A DNA stretch of 64,000 nt from Clostridia bacterium (GTDB lineage Bacteria > Bacillota > Clostridia > UBA1212 > DUPL01). Shown piece after piece: positions 31,028 through 42,166 of the stretch (its first letter is position 1; each line of letters starts with the position of its first letter). The stretch lies in the NCBI GenBank assembly GCA_050951325.1, contig JBMNIW010000001.1:192001-256000 (forward strand). Direction: 5' to 3'. Under the pieces are notes generated by a model, which did not search any database, had not been told where the DNA came from, and was given only the letters and a program-made list of their open reading frames with translations. Made by a program: the position numbers and the translations under genes.

Positions 31028-32269
31028 TTATTTTCCCAAATCAACAACCGTTCCAATAAACAAAGGAAGGTTTGTTGCGTTATCAATAATTGCGTAGACA
31101 AAGGGCCTGTCGAGTATGACTCTGGCTTCACTAACAGGACCCGCTGTGTCGCGCATTTCCACTTTTGTTACCGCACCTGCTTTTGTGCCTTTCTCGTCAA
31201 CGGAAATAAATGTTTTGTGAAGAACTTCAGAGATGTACAGACCTTCTTTTAAATCAGCATCCATTTTTGAAAAATCAGCTCTTCCATCAAATGCATGCTC
31301 CATACCCATGTCTATTAAAGCACCATTCATCACAATCTCATAGTCATACTTGAACTTTGGAACACCAGCATTAACAACTTCTTTTGCGGCTCCTCCCACC
31401 AAATTCAAGAAAGTTTCGCCATCAAGACTTTCAACATAATCATATATTGAAATGTCTTTATTAGGAAGTATTGCAACAAAACTGTAATCTTTATTTTTAT
31501 ATGGTTTGACAAACCCTGCCGCATTGTCACTGCTAATATATTTCGATTCATTTGAGTACATCATGTCCACCTTGGCATAAGTGCCGTCAATGTTTTTAAA
31601 ATCCCTTTCCTTTATATCATTCTTCTCATATATCTTTTCCCATTCAGCATCGAACACAATTGCATTTATTAAAAACATAACCGCACTGTCATCTATATTA
31701 TCAAGTATTTCATCTATCAAACCATCGGTCTTTTTCTTTACCCAGTTATTTATATCTTTAACCGTCTGTTCATCAAAGGCTGACTCATAGGCGCTTGCTT
31801 TGTAATAGTCGGCATTTTTCTGCAAGAAATCGTCATTAACATTAAAACCTTCACGGAACCATATGGAATTGGATATCTCAAACCTTGATTTCTTTTTGTT
31901 TGGAAGACCCTTTGCATAAGAATACAAGTACTCATTCAGCTCATCAATTGTGATGTCATCTCCCAGCACTTTTTCCATTTGCTCTAATGTCTCATTGTCA
32001 GCACCATTTGCAGTCATCGATAGAGCAAGCAAAACAGACAAGGGAGATACCAAAGAATTATCCTCTCCCAGGGATCTCTTGAAAAGCTCCATTGAAAACC
32101 TGGCTGTACTTTGTATAAATCTCTCGTCCACATCTTTTCCTTCCACCTCGTTTGCCTTGATGCCCTTCATCAAATCCGTTGCATATATTCTGGTTGTACA
32201 CGATGTAAGATTTACAATCATTACAACCATCAAAACAAACACAAGACTTAAAGTAACAACTCTTTTCAT
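31028..32269 (-). CDS. Serpin family lipoprotein
   Basis: LTSC lipobox, SPLS, INNWVKKKTDGLI, NAIVFDAEW, hinge EKGTKAGA, DRPFVYAI, PLFIG. Confidence 0.9.
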   Translation of the reverse strand: MKRVVTLSLVFVLMVVMIVNLTSCTTRIYATDLMKGIKANEVEGKDVDERFIQSTARFSMELFKRSLGEDNSLVSPLSVLLALSMTANGADNETLEQMEKVLGDDITIDELNEYLYSYAKGLPNKKKSRFEISNSIWFREGFNVNDDFLQKNADYYKASAYESAFDEQTVKDINNWVKKKTDGLIDEILDNIDDSAVMFLINAIVFDAEWEKIYEKNDIKERDFKNIDGTYAKVDMMYSNESKYISSDNAAGFVKPYKNKDYSFVAILPNKDISIYDYVESLDGETFLNLVGGAAKEVVNAGVPKFKYDYEIVMNGALIDMGMEHAFDGRADFSKMDADLKEGLYISEVLHKTFISVDEKGTKAGAVTKVEMRDTAGPVSEARVILDRPFVYAIIDNATNLPLFIGTVVDLGK

Positions 32270-32354
32270 CTTCTACTCATCCTTTCATAAAGTGGCAACA
32301 ATTCCCTGCCTCACTTATTATTCGAACAAGTTAATTAAAACACTCTAGAAACAT

Positions 32355-32386
32355 AAAAAATCCATTGGCCAAAACCAATGGATTTT
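32355..32386 (-). terminator. trp operon terminator
   Basis: AAAATCCATTGG-N6-CCAATGGATTTT hairpin with U-tract on the minus strand. Confidence 0.75.
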
Positions 32387-32389
32387 CGT

Positions 32390-33160
32390 TCACTCCAATG
32401 CCTTTTTGATACTCTTTACAAAATCCTTTACACTAGACGGATCATCAATAAGCCTTGCAATCGCACTGCCAACAATTACTCCCTCGCAGTGATGCTTCAA
32501 ACTCATTACCATCTCAGGACTTGAAATGCCAAAACCAATTGCTCTGGGCAAATCAGTAAAGCGCTTTACCTCTTCCATGTACGCAGCCATATCAGTATCC
32601 AGTTTGTCCCTTTCCCCAGTCACACCCGTTGTAGAGACACAGTAAACGAAACCTCCCGCCTCCTTTACAATCTCCTTTATTCTTTCATGGGAAGTGGGGG
32701 CTACCAAAGGAATGTGGTGCAAACCATACCTCTTTATTACGCCATTTGCTTCGCTTCTTTCCTCAAGAGGAAGATCCGGGATTATAAAGCCGTCGATGCC
32801 TGCATCTTTTGAGTCTTTTATAAAACTCTCCACACCGTATCTGAACACCGTGTTGAAGTAAACAAGAAACACAAGTGCAATATCACTTCTCTCCCTTATT
32901 CTCCTGACAGCATCAAAAACATCACATACTTTAAGACCCTTTTCCAACGCCTTTGATGCCGCTCTCTGCAAAACGGGGCCATCCGCCAGAGGGTCTGAAT
33001 AAGGTATCCCTATTTCAACAATATCCGCACCTGCATCCGATATTGTATGCACTAATTCTACTGTTGCATCAATATCCGGATACCCGGCTGTTATGTATGC
33101 AATCAATGCTTTTTGTCCCTTGTTCCTCAAGTCCATGAAAACCCTGTCAATCCTGTTCAT
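32390..33160 (-). CDS. trpA: Tryptophan synthase alpha subunit
   Basis: [36 protein letters not shown]. Confidence 0.96.
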   Translation of the reverse strand: MNRIDRVFMDLRNKGQKALIAYITAGYPDIDATVELVHTISDAGADIVEIGIPYSDPLADGPVLQRAASKALEKGLKVCDVFDAVRRIRERSDIALVFLVYFNTVFRYGVESFIKDSKDAGIDGFIIPDLPLEERSEANGVIKRYGLHHIPLVAPTSHERIKEIVKEAGGFVYCVSTTGVTGERDKLDTDMAAYMEEVKRFTDLPRAIGFGISSPEMVMSLKHHCEGVIVGSAIARLIDDPSSVKDFVKSIKKALE

Positions 33161-34341
33161 ATTCTCCCCTCCAATATGTTTGATACGGTTTCAACATCCT
33201 TGTCTCCTCTACCTGAAAGATTTACAATCACAATGGAATCTTTTGAAAGCCTTGGCGCCAGTTTTACTGCATAAGCAACAGCATGAGCGCTCTCAAGGGC
33301 TGGAATAATACCTTCGACCCTTGAAAGCAGTAAAAAAGCGTCAATTGCCTCTTTATCCGTAACACTTGCATACTCCGCCCTGCCTGTTTCCTTGTAATAT
33401 GCGTGTTCCGGTCCAATTCCAGGGTAGTCAAGTCCTGCAGAGATTGAATACACAGGCATTATCTGGCCATCGTCGTCCTGAAGAATCATGGTTTTCATGC
33501 CGTGCAGTATGCCAACACTTCCCTTTGCCATGCTGGCTGCATGCATCTTTGTGTCAAGCCCCAAACCAGATGCTTCCACACCAACAAGTTTCACGCTTTT
33601 GTCTTCATAAAAGGCATGGAAAATGCCCATAGCGTTGCTTCCGCCTCCAACACATGCAATTATGCAGTCAGGGAGTTTGTTTTCCTTTTCAAGAATTTGC
33701 CGTCTGGTTTCCTCACCAATAATCTTTTGAAACTCCCTTACCATAAAAGGATAAGGATGAGGACCCACCACAGAACCAATCACATAGAAAGTATCACAAA
33801 CTCTTGCCACCCAGTCCCTTATAGCCTCGTTAACGGCATCCTTGAGCGTGCTTGTTCCCTGGCAGACAGGTGTGACTTTTGCTCCAAGAAGTTCCATCCT
33901 TACAACATTAAGTGCCTGCCTCTTTATATCTTCCTCTCCCATGAAAATCTCGCACTCCATGCCAAACATGGCAGCCACTGTAGCGGTTGCAACGCCATGC
34001 TGGCCTGCTCCCGTTTCGGCAATAATTCTTTTCTTCCCCATGCGTCTTGCCAGGAGAACCTGCCCAATCACATTATTTATCTTGTGGGCTCCGGTGTGAT
34101 TCAAGTCCTCTCTTTTTAAATATACCTTTGCACCCTTTAGTTCCTTGGTAAGGTTTTCTGCAAAGTACAAAGGAGTTGGACGGCCAACATACTCCTTTAG
34201 ATAATATTTGTATTCCTTAAGAAACGCCTCATCCTTTAAAGCATCACTTAAACTTGTCTCAAGCTCGCACAGTGCATTCATTACAGTCTCAGGCACATAC
34301 TGCCCTCCAAAATTACCAAATCTAGATGATATTTTTTCCAT
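33157..34341 (-). CDS. trpB: Tryptophan synthase beta subunit
   Basis: [35 protein letters not shown]. Confidence 0.97.
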   Translation of the reverse strand: MEKISSRFGNFGGQYVPETVMNALCELETSLSDALKDEAFLKEYKYYLKEYVGRPTPLYFAENLTKELKGAKVYLKREDLNHTGAHKINNVIGQVLLARRMGKKRIIAETGAGQHGVATATVAAMFGMECEIFMGEEDIKRQALNVVRMELLGAKVTPVCQGTSTLKDAVNEAIRDWVARVCDTFYVIGSVVGPHPYPFMVREFQKIIGEETRRQILEKENKLPDCIIACVGGGSNAMGIFHAFYEDKSVKLVGVEASGLGLDTKMHAASMAKGSVGILHGMKTMILQDDDGQIMPVYSISAGLDYPGIGPEHAYYKETGRAEYASVTDKEAIDAFLLLSRVEGIIPALESAHAVAYAVKLAPRLSKDSIVIVNLSGRGDKDVETVSNILEGRI

Positions 34342-34942
34342 ATTCCCTCACCCTCTTCACAAACTCTTTCATCTTATCAAAATCCTTTACACCCTCTGTT
34401 TCCACACCGCTGCTTACATCCACCGCATACGGTTTTACCCTTTCAATTGCCAAAGATACATTATTGCAATTCAAACCTCCTGCAAGTATTACTTTTGAGT
34501 TTAATTCTTCCTTCTCTATCAAACCAAAATCAAATACCTTCCCGGTACCCCCATACATGCCTTCCACAAACGCATCAAAAAGAACTCCTGGGCATTTGTA
34601 TAACCTTGCCCTTTCCACATCTTCCTTGCATGAAACCCTAACAGCCTTCCATATGTCCACATCAAGACCAAGATACTCGCCAAGGTCTTCTTCTCCGTGA
34701 AGCTGCACAATATCAAGGGAAAGAACTTCTACAGCCTTTTGAATTTCATAAGCCCTTTCATTTACAAATACCCCCACCCTTTTTATGCCAGAATCAAGCT
34801 TGTCAACAAGCTTTTTTGCTTCCTCAAGAGACACCTGCCTTCTACTTTTTGCAAACACAAACCCTGCATAATCCACTTTAAGTTCGTTGACATAGGAAAT
34901 GTCTACATCTCTTTTCAACCCACACACCTTTATACGTACCAC
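34322..34942 (-). CDS. trpF: Phosphoribosylanthranilate isomerase
   Basis: [29 protein letters not shown]. Confidence 0.93.
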   Translation of the reverse strand: MVRIKVCGLKRDVDISYVNELKVDYAGFVFAKSRRQVSLEEAKKLVDKLDSGIKRVGVFVNERAYEIQKAVEVLSLDIVQLHGEEDLGEYLGLDVDIWKAVRVSCKEDVERARLYKCPGVLFDAFVEGMYGGTGKVFDFGLIEKEELNSKVILAGGLNCNNVSLAIERVKPYAVDVSSGVETEGVKDFDKMKEFVKRVREYGKNII

Positions 34943-35716
34943 TCATTTCCCTCCCTTTAAGCTTTTTATATCCTCATAAATATTCTTGCTTTTGGACAAG
35001 GTCTCTCCAATCAAGAAAGCATTTACATTAAAAGAACGAAGATAACTTATGTCTTCATATGTTTTAATTCCGCTTTCAGAAACCTTTACCACATCATCCG
35101 GAATCAAAGGAACAAGTCTTTTTGTGGTTTCAAGACTTACAGAAAAATCTTTCAGATCTCGGTTGTTAATACCAATAACTCTAGCCCCGGCTTCAAGAGC
35201 AGTATAAACTTCCCTTTCATCGTGCACCTCCACAAGGCACTCAAGACCAAGATCCTTTGCCAGGGTGTAAAACTCTTTTGTTCTTTCCTTGAGAAGGGCA
35301 ACTATCAGCAGTACGGCATCGGCGCCTAATGCTTTTGTCTGAAAAAGCTGGTATTCGTCAACAACAAAGTCTTTTCGAAGAACGGGGCAATTTACCACTT
35401 CCCTTACGTTTTCCAAAATCCTGTCACTTCCAAGAAAGAACTTCTCCTCAGTCAACACGGATATTGCATCAGCACCACCTTCTTCATACATCCTTGCCAC
35501 TTGTACATGATCAAGCTTGTCATTGATTATCCCTTTTGAAGGAGATGCTTTCTTTATCTCGGCAATAATCCTTACTATTTTGCCAGACAAGGCCTTTTTA
35601 AAGACATCTTTTCTTTTGGTATCCTTTATCTTTTTTTCCAAATCGGATAGACTGTATTGCTCCTTTTCAATTGCAAGCCTTTTTTTCTTCTCAAAAACTA
35701 TTCTCTCAAGCATCAA
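34943..35716 (-). CDS. trpC: Indole-3-glycerol-phosphate synthase
   Basis: [34 protein letters not shown]. Confidence 0.95.
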   Translation of the reverse strand: MMLERIVFEKKKRLAIEKEQYSLSDLEKKIKDTKRKDVFKKALSGKIVRIIAEIKKASPSKGIINDKLDHVQVARMYEEGGADAISVLTEEKFFLGSDRILENVREVVNCPVLRKDFVVDEYQLFQTKALGADAVLLIVALLKERTKEFYTLAKDLGLECLVEVHDEREVYTALEAGARVIGINNRDLKDFSVSLETTKRLVPLIPDDVVKVSESGIKTYEDISYLRSFNVNAFLIGETLSKSKNIYEDIKSLKGGK

Positions 35717-36714
35717 ACCACCTCTCTAAGTTCTTCAAGCTTTGCCATTGCCGCTCCCGAATTCACCAGGTATTCAGCCATAACCAAACCTTCATTGATA
35801 CTCTCTACCTTATTTCCTACATACAAGGCACACGCTGCATTAAGAAGCACAATGTCCCTTTCAAATCCCTTCTTCCCCTTGAATATGTCGGTTATTATCT
35901 TCGCATTGTACTCCGCATCTCCACCTTTGATATCCTCAAGTCTTGCATAGGGAATATTGAAATCCGCAGGATCTATTTCATAACTTGTTATTTCTCCATC
36001 TTTTATCTCACTGACAAGGGTCTTTGTGGTGGTTGTAACCTCGTCAAGACCATCAAGTCCATGAACCACCATTGCTCTTTTGGTTCCCAGGTTTCGCAAA
36101 ACCTCTGCCAGCATGGATACAAGTCCCTTGTCGAATACCCCAAGCACCTGGCCTTTGACACCTGCAGGATTTGTAACGGGACCAAGAATATTAAACACAG
36201 TCCTTATGCCCAGCTCTCTCCTGACAAGGGCAACATTCTTCATGGAGGTGTGGTAATACGGAGCAAACAGAAATCCAAAGTTTGCTTTGTTGACGCTCTC
36301 TACAAAAACCTCAGGAGTCATTTGAATCTTTATGCCGAGAGCGTTAAGCACATCAGCACTTCCACTCTTGCTCGATATTGCCCTGTTTCCATGCTTTGCA
36401 ACCTTTATACCTGCACAGCTGGCAATAATTGCACTGGCGGTGGATATGTTGAAAGTCCTGCCGCCATCACCTCCTGTGCCACAGGTATCAATGGCATAAT
36501 CCTCAATCTCCACCTTAAGGGCACTGTTCCTCATTGCCACGGCACATCCGGTTATCTCGTTGACCGTCTCGCCCTTCATTCTTAGTGCAGCAAGAAACGC
36601 ACCTACCTGAGAGGTGGTGGCCTCTCCCTTCATTATTGCGTTCATTGAATCTACAGCTTCCGAATAACTCAAATCCTCACGCATGATTATCTTTTTAAGC
36701 ATTGCATCAAGCAT
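35713..36714 (-). CDS. trpD: Anthranilate phosphoribosyltransferase
   Basis: [28 protein letters not shown]. Confidence 0.95.
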   Translation of the reverse strand: MLDAMLKKIIMREDLSYSEAVDSMNAIMKGEATTSQVGAFLAALRMKGETVNEITGCAVAMRNSALKVEIEDYAIDTCGTGGDGGRTFNISTASAIIASCAGIKVAKHGNRAISSKSGSADVLNALGIKIQMTPEVFVESVNKANFGFLFAPYYHTSMKNVALVRRELGIRTVFNILGPVTNPAGVKGQVLGVFDKGLVSMLAEVLRNLGTKRAMVVHGLDGLDEVTTTTKTLVSEIKDGEITSYEIDPADFNIPYARLEDIKGGDAEYNAKIITDIFKGKKGFERDIVLLNAACALYVGNKVESINEGLVMAEYLVNSGAAMAKLEELREVV

Positions 36715-37279
36715 TCTTAATCCCTCCTACAAAATTCCCAATAATCTTCTTCCCTTTCTCCGTAATTATTGACTCAGGATGGAACTCAAGCCCGTAAACA
36801 GGAAGACTTTTATGCCTGACAGCCATTATCGTTCCTTCCAAGGTGTGAGCACATACTTCAAGAACATCAGGCAGACTACTCTCATTCAGCTTGAAAGAGT
36901 GGTATCTGGCTGTAAGGATTGGATTCTTCACACCCTTGAATATGCCTTTTCCATCATGAAGAACAATGGATGTCTTGCCATGCATGCCCTTGACATCAGG
37001 CAAAACACCGCCTCCATAAGCACAACCTATAACTTCCATTCCCAGCCCTATTCCCAATATGGGGATTTGCGAAGACAACTCCTTTACAATACCAACGCAG
37101 TTGCCTGCATCTTTCGCTCTTCCCGGACCTGAGGACATAACTATTCCCTTTACATTCATGTCCTGTATTTCAGATATGGCCACCAAATTGCTCACCACCC
37201 GCACATTTGGAAAAACCTCTCCCACGCACTGATAGATGTTGTACGCAAAGGAATCACCATTATCAATAACCAGTATCAT
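36707..37279 (-). CDS. trpG: Anthranilate synthase component II, degenerate glutaminase active site
   Basis: IDN.DSF, SGPG, MHGK, RYHS, FHPES, but [10 protein letters not shown] in place of PILGICLGHQ. Confidence 0.88.
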   Translation of the reverse strand: MILVIDNGDSFAYNIYQCVGEVFPNVRVVSNLVAISEIQDMNVKGIVMSSGPGRAKDAGNCVGIVKELSSQIPILGIGLGMEVIGCAYGGGVLPDVKGMHGKTSIVLHDGKGIFKGVKNPILTARYHSFKLNESSLPDVLEVCAHTLEGTIMAVRHKSLPVYGLEFHPESIITEKGKKIIGNFVGGIKNA

Positions 37280-38703
37280 CCGAGCACCTCCTTCAATGCC
37301 TTGGCCTTGTTCTGTATCTCTTCATACTCCCTTTCAGGACAGGAATCATAAACAATGCCGCATCCTGCCTGTATGCAAGCCTTTCTATCCTTGAAAACAA
37401 TCGTCCTTATGGCAATACACATATCCATGTTTCCTGAAAAGTCGAAGTATCCAATACTGCCTGCATAAATGCCCCTGCTTACATTCTCCAGCCCATCAAT
37501 AATTTCCATGGCTCTTGGCTTTGGAGCTCCTGAGACAGTTCCTGCTGGAAGACAGGCGTAAAGGGCATCAAAACAATCTTTTCCTTCCTGCAGCTGACCG
37601 GATATGGTGGAAACAATGTGCATGACATGGGAATACATTTCTATCTCCATGTATTTGTCAACCTTTACAGACCCAAACTTGCACACCTTTCCAAGGTCAT
37701 TTCTTCCCAAATCCACAAGCATGACGTGTTCCGCCCGTTCTTTTGCGTCATTCAAAAGCTCTTCTCTGAGAAGATTGTCCTCTTCCTCATTCCTTCCTCT
37801 TTTCCTTGTTCCGGCAATTGGATTTGTGGCAACCACACCGTCCTTTACCTTAACCAGACTTTCCGGAGAGGAACCCACAACCTGAAAATCTCCAAAGTCA
37901 ATATGGAACATATATGGGGAGGGGTTTAGGGTTCTCAATTTCCTGTATGCATCAAAAGGTTCAATATTTGTTTCCTGTATAAATCTTTGAGATAAAACAA
38001 CCTGGAACACATCCCCCAACTCAATATATTTTTTTGCCTTGTCAACAACTTCGACAAATTCTTGTTCGTCAAAGTTTGACTCAAACCCTTTGGTTTGGAA
38101 ATAAGCAGACTCTGTAATACAAGCATTACTGCTTTGTATCTTTTCTTTAATATCCAAAAGCTTTTTTACAATTTCGTCGTAAGATCTGTCATCACCAGGC
38201 AGCACATTGTGTATGATGTATAAACGATGAGTAAAGTGGTCATACACAAGCACTTCCTTATAGAGCATCAGGTACGCATCAGGAAGATTTAAGTCGTCCT
38301 TGTTGTTTGACTTGATATTCAAATACTGCCTTGCCACATCATATCCGACATATCCTACAGCACCACCAAAGAAAGGCAGACCATGTTTTGTTTCAGATAC
38401 TTCATACCTCCCCATTACCTCTTTTAACACATCCAGTACACTGCCTATAAATTTCCTATCGCCTACCCAGACTTCCTCACCATAACTTTTTATGGTCAAG
38501 TATGGAGTAAAGCCAAGAAGAGAATACCTTCCCCAGCTCTTGCCGCACTCTGCGCTTTCTAGAAGAAACTTTTTCTCTCCCTTAAGGCTGTAGAACAAAC
38601 CTATAGGAGTCATCAAATCCGCATTCATTTCCAGTTTGACTGGAATATATGAAGCGGAATTTCTTTTCAAATCGAGGAACTCTTCCTTGGTGGGATAAAT
38701 CAT
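37276..38703 (-). CDS. trpE: Anthranilate synthase component I
   Basis: FLLES, FQVVLSQRF, NPSPYM, PIAGT, EHVMLVDLGRND, GTVSGAPK; start MIYPTK at 38703 with RBS AAGGAG. Confidence 0.95.
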   Translation of the reverse strand: MIYPTKEEFLDLKRNSASYIPVKLEMNADLMTPIGLFYSLKGEKKFLLESAECGKSWGRYSLLGFTPYLTIKSYGEEVWVGDRKFIGSVLDVLKEVMGRYEVSETKHGLPFFGGAVGYVGYDVARQYLNIKSNNKDDLNLPDAYLMLYKEVLVYDHFTHRLYIIHNVLPGDDRSYDEIVKKLLDIKEKIQSSNACITESAYFQTKGFESNFDEQEFVEVVDKAKKYIELGDVFQVVLSQRFIQETNIEPFDAYRKLRTLNPSPYMFHIDFGDFQVVGSSPESLVKVKDGVVATNPIAGTRKRGRNEEEDNLLREELLNDAKERAEHVMLVDLGRNDLGKVCKFGSVKVDKYMEIEMYSHVMHIVSTISGQLQEGKDCFDALYACLPAGTVSGAPKPRAMEIIDGLENVSRGIYAGSIGYFDFSGNMDMCIAIRTIVFKDRKACIQAGCGIVYDSCPEREYEEIQNKAKALKEVLG

Positions 38704-38729
38704 TAGTATCACTCCTTTAAGATTTTTGT

Positions 38730-39065
38730 GTATAAAAAAAGGGCAGCTCATCCCATGGGACGAGTTACCCTCGTGGTGCCACCCAATTTCAGCTGTCTGG
38801 CAAAGCTACTTTAAAAAAAGGCATTTCATCCTTTTAGGACGAAATGCCAATAATTTCGTTAGCCACCCAAACAGCCATCTCATTCCAGGTACGGAAAGTT
38901 TCACTTTCGATACCCTGTCCTTTTAACGGTGGACTTCCGGTTAATGCTACTTCAAGGTTCGCACAACTTCTCCCAGGCCCATTCAGCTGCACTTAAGGTA
39001 CCGCATTCCCACCACCAACGGCTCTCTGAAACCATCCATCCAGCCTACTCTTCCTGTTCATAGAA
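38730..39065 (-). promoter_or_regulatory. Trp-specific T-box riboswitch leader
   Basis: Stem I with AGUA and AGAGA motifs; specifier GAA-UGG (38979-38981); CCGUUA motif; T-box AAUUGGGUGGCACCACG (38772-38788); terminator with U7. Confidence 0.92.
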
Positions 39066-39088
39066 TTTGGCTGTATTAAATTTCCGAT

Positions 39089-39117
39089 ATGGTACAACAT
39101 ATATCCTATAATGTCAA
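39089..39117 (-). promoter_or_regulatory. Sigma-A promoter of the trp leader
   Basis: TTGACA-17 bp-TACCAT. Confidence 0.65.
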
Positions 39118-39143
39118 GAGGTATTTAAAAACTTTTCTGTATA

Positions 39144-40214
39144 TTATATGCGAATCTTTTCGCCATTGTACACTTTAACAGTTTCAACAAAAGCAAGAAT
39201 ATTTTCAAAGGGAACCTCAGGTTCCAATACATGGGTAGGAGCAAGAACCAAACCGCCATTGTCTTCTCTTGCCTTGTCAATCATCTTCATGCAAAAATCT
39301 CTAACTTCTGAAGGAGTGCCAAAAGGCATCAGCGTCTGAGTCCCCAAAGTACCCCATAAAGTCAATTTGTCCTTGTATTCATCCTTAATCCTTAACGGAT
39401 CCATGCACTCTGGCTGTACAGGGTTGAGTATTTCAACGCCAATCTCTATCAAGTCAGGTATAATCTTCGTTAGATTTCCATCTCCATGGTAGAAAATAAA
39501 TATGTCAGGATTAATCTCTTTTGCGCAAGCTATAACTTTTTCCAACCTGCCCTTTAAATACTTTTTCCACATATCCGGGGACATCATCATATCCAGTTGT
39601 GTAGAAACATCATCACCAAGCCTTAATATGTCGCAGCCTGCTTTTGCGTACATTCTGGCAAACGTGCATTTTATCTCTGTAATTCTGTCCAAAAGACAAT
39701 TTGCCATATCCTCATTGAAGGTCATGTCTAAAAAGAGATTCTCCATACCTCTCAAATACCACGCAGTTTCAAAGATTGTGCATTCAAGACCTCCTGAAAC
39801 CACCGTATCTTTTTCTATCAGGGATTTTACATCCCTTTCAAGCTTCTCCCAGTTAAAATTAAGGTTCGCATCGGGAAAGGGGTACTCAAGAATCTCGTAA
39901 ACACACTCAAACTTTTCCATTGGATGCACCATTTTTGTAAAATGGGCCATGGACCCTTTAACATGGCCTACACCCCATTCCGGCTCGATGTATATATTGT
40001 CAGAATCATAGTATTTTTCGAATCTTTGAGAGCCAAGATTGATTAACTCAGGATATGTCCCCCTTAGTGGGAATTTGTAGTACTCGACATAATTCCTGCT
40101 GCCGGTTCTTTGCATGAATTCTTCATATTTCGACGGGCACAGACAGAATTCAAAAGGTATATACGAACCGTTCCTTCTTCTAATAGCGTCCAGAGTCTTC
40201 TTTCTTACAGACAT
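39144..40214 (-). CDS. Uroporphyrinogen decarboxylase / MtaA-CmuA-like family protein
   Basis: FETAWYLRGMENL, GDDV, FYHGDG, LNPVQPE, GTLGTQ, APTH. Confidence 0.8.
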   Translation of the reverse strand: MSVRKKTLDAIRRRNGSYIPFEFCLCPSKYEEFMQRTGSRNYVEYYKFPLRGTYPELINLGSQRFEKYYDSDNIYIEPEWGVGHVKGSMAHFTKMVHPMEKFECVYEILEYPFPDANLNFNWEKLERDVKSLIEKDTVVSGGLECTIFETAWYLRGMENLFLDMTFNEDMANCLLDRITEIKCTFARMYAKAGCDILRLGDDVSTQLDMMMSPDMWKKYLKGRLEKVIACAKEINPDIFIFYHGDGNLTKIIPDLIEIGVEILNPVQPECMDPLRIKDEYKDKLTLWGTLGTQTLMPFGTPSEVRDFCMKMIDKAREDNGGLVLAPTHVLEPEVPFENILAFVETVKVYNGEKIRI

Positions 40215-40350
40215 ATTTCATACCTCTTTTTTATTGATTTTAGTTCATATTCCAAACAAAATCAATTGTTTTTGCTTACAGGTATAAACTATTTTCCTAT
40301 AATACCGATACGATATATAGTATTAATTTTTTACTGAAAGGAGCAGCCAA

Positions 40351-40752
40351 ATGGAAGTTAAATGGACAACCAATCTATCAGTTGGAGTAGAAAAGATTGA
40401 TGAGCAGCATAAAATATGGTTTGATAAAGCAAACAACCTATTTCAGGCTGGAAAGAACAGAAAATCAAGAGAAGTAATCGAGGAAATGCTTCAATTTCTT
40501 GATGAATATACAAAAGAACATTTCAGCGATGAAGAAGCATACATGGAACAGATAAAGTATCCTGGTCTGGAAGAGCAAAAGGCAGCTCATGCAAACTTTA
40601 TCAAGGAACTGGCAAAACTGAAACAGGACTATGAAGAGTCCGGCGGCAATGTCGCAGTTATAATCAACGCCAACGTGTTGATTATAAACTGGTTGACACA
40701 ACACATATCCAACATGGACAAGCAGATTGGCGTTTATGCCAAAGGCCTTTAA
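40351..40752 (+). CDS. Bacteriohemerythrin
   Basis: W..NLSVGV..IDEQH, HFSDEEAYM, WLTQHI..MD. Confidence 0.88.
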   Translation: MEVKWTTNLSVGVEKIDEQHKIWFDKANNLFQAGKNRKSREVIEEMLQFLDEYTKEHFSDEEAYMEQIKYPGLEEQKAAHANFIKELAKLKQDYEESGGNVAVIINANVLIINWLTQHISNMDKQIGVYAKGL

Positions 40753-40772
40753 TCTGAAAGGAGCGTTCTGTC

Positions 40773-41180
40773 ATGGAAGCTATTAAATGGACAAATGATT
40801 TGTCAGTTGGTCTTGCCCACATTGACAACCAGCATAAAATATTTTTGGAAAAGGCGAACAATCTTTTTGAAGCAGGAAAGAATAGAAAATCAAAAGAAGT
40901 AATTGCTGAAATGCTTGATTTTCTTGAAGCTTATGCAAATGAACACTTCAGAGATGAAGAAGCGTACATGGCACAAATTAATTACCCTGGTCTTGAGCAG
41001 CAGAGAAGCGCCCATCAGGGTTTTGTAGAAGAGCTAAACAAATTAAAGGAAGAATATGAGCAATCAGGCGGCAATGTAGCCTTGATTATTGATTCTTATG
41101 TAATGATAATGAACTGGCTTACAAAACACATATCTAACATGGACAAAAAGATCGGAGATTTTGCGAAAAACAGGAAATAA
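40773..41180 (+). CDS. Bacteriohemerythrin (tandem paralog)
   Basis: IDNQH, HFRDEEAYM, WLTKHISNMD; closely similar to the upstream copy. Confidence 0.88.
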   Translation: MEAIKWTNDLSVGLAHIDNQHKIFLEKANNLFEAGKNRKSKEVIAEMLDFLEAYANEHFRDEEAYMAQINYPGLEQQRSAHQGFVEELNKLKEEYEQSGGNVALIIDSYVMIMNWLTKHISNMDKKIGDFAKNRK

Positions 41181-41204
41181 GGCCGCACATTATGCGGCTT
41201 TTTT
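41181..41204 (+). terminator. Intrinsic terminator
   Basis: GCCGCA-loop-TGCGGC followed by a T run. Confidence 0.7.
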
Positions 41205-41227
41205 GTTTTTTCAAGGGAGATGATTGA

Positions 41228-42136
41228 ATGTCAGAATACGTTCCAGGGTATAAAAATCTGTTGGATACTGGAGAACTTGAAATAAGAGTACGTATACTTA
41301 ATGAGAAGCTTAATAAATGCACCCTTTGTCCCCATCAGTGCAGAGCGTACAGAAATCAAGGCGAAAAAGGTATATGCAATGCAGGCAGCAGCACCGTTAT
41401 TAGTAGTTATGGTCCACATTACGGTGAGGAAGATGTTTTGGTTGGAAGATATGGTTCGGGAACCATATTCTTCAGCTGGTGCAACCTAAGATGTGTTTTT
41501 TGTCAAAACTTCCGCATAAGCCACTATGGAGAAGGTTATGAAACAAAAACCCAGGAGCTGGCGGAAATAATGCTCTCCCTTCAAAGAATGGGATGTCATA
41601 ACATAAACCTCGTATCCCCTACGATATATGTTCCACAGATAGTAGAAGCGGTGTTCATTGCTGCAAAAAGAGGTCTTGGAATTCCTCTTGTATACAATAC
41701 AGGAGGTTATGACAGTATGGAAACCCTGAAACTGCTTGACGGCATCATAGACATATACATGCCTGACCTGAAGTTCTTTGATAACGATGAAGCGTATAAG
41801 TACACAAAAGCCTCTGAATATCTCATTGTGGCAAGCAAGGCAGTGAAAGAGATGTTCAGACAGGTTGGCACCCTTAAAACTGATGAAAGAAATATTGCAT
41901 ACAAAGGCCTTATGATTAGACATCTTGTCATGCCTGACAATTTGGAAAACACGAAAAGAATCCTTTCTTTCATCGCAAATGAAATATCAAATGACACATA
42001 TGTAAATATCATGCCCCAGTACTATCCCGCACACATGGCTTTTAATTATACAGAATTATCCCAAAGGCTTTCCACAAGCGAATATACTGCCGCTATAAAC
42101 CATGCAAAGAAATTGGGTCTTAGTAACTTTCTATAA
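41228..42136 (+). CDS. Radical SAM protein, PflX-like
   Basis: CTLCPHQC, HYGEE, CNLRCVFCQN, YMPDLK, RHLVMP, MPQYYP. Confidence 0.88.
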   Translation: MSEYVPGYKNLLDTGELEIRVRILNEKLNKCTLCPHQCRAYRNQGEKGICNAGSSTVISSYGPHYGEEDVLVGRYGSGTIFFSWCNLRCVFCQNFRISHYGEGYETKTQELAEIMLSLQRMGCHNINLVSPTIYVPQIVEAVFIAAKRGLGIPLVYNTGGYDSMETLKLLDGIIDIYMPDLKFFDNDEAYKYTKASEYLIVASKAVKEMFRQVGTLKTDERNIAYKGLMIRHLVMPDNLENTKRILSFIANEISNDTYVNIMPQYYPAHMAFNYTELSQRLSTSEYTAAINHAKKLGLSNFL

Positions 42137-42166
42137 CCCCATGTAAAGATGCGTTCAATATCATTA

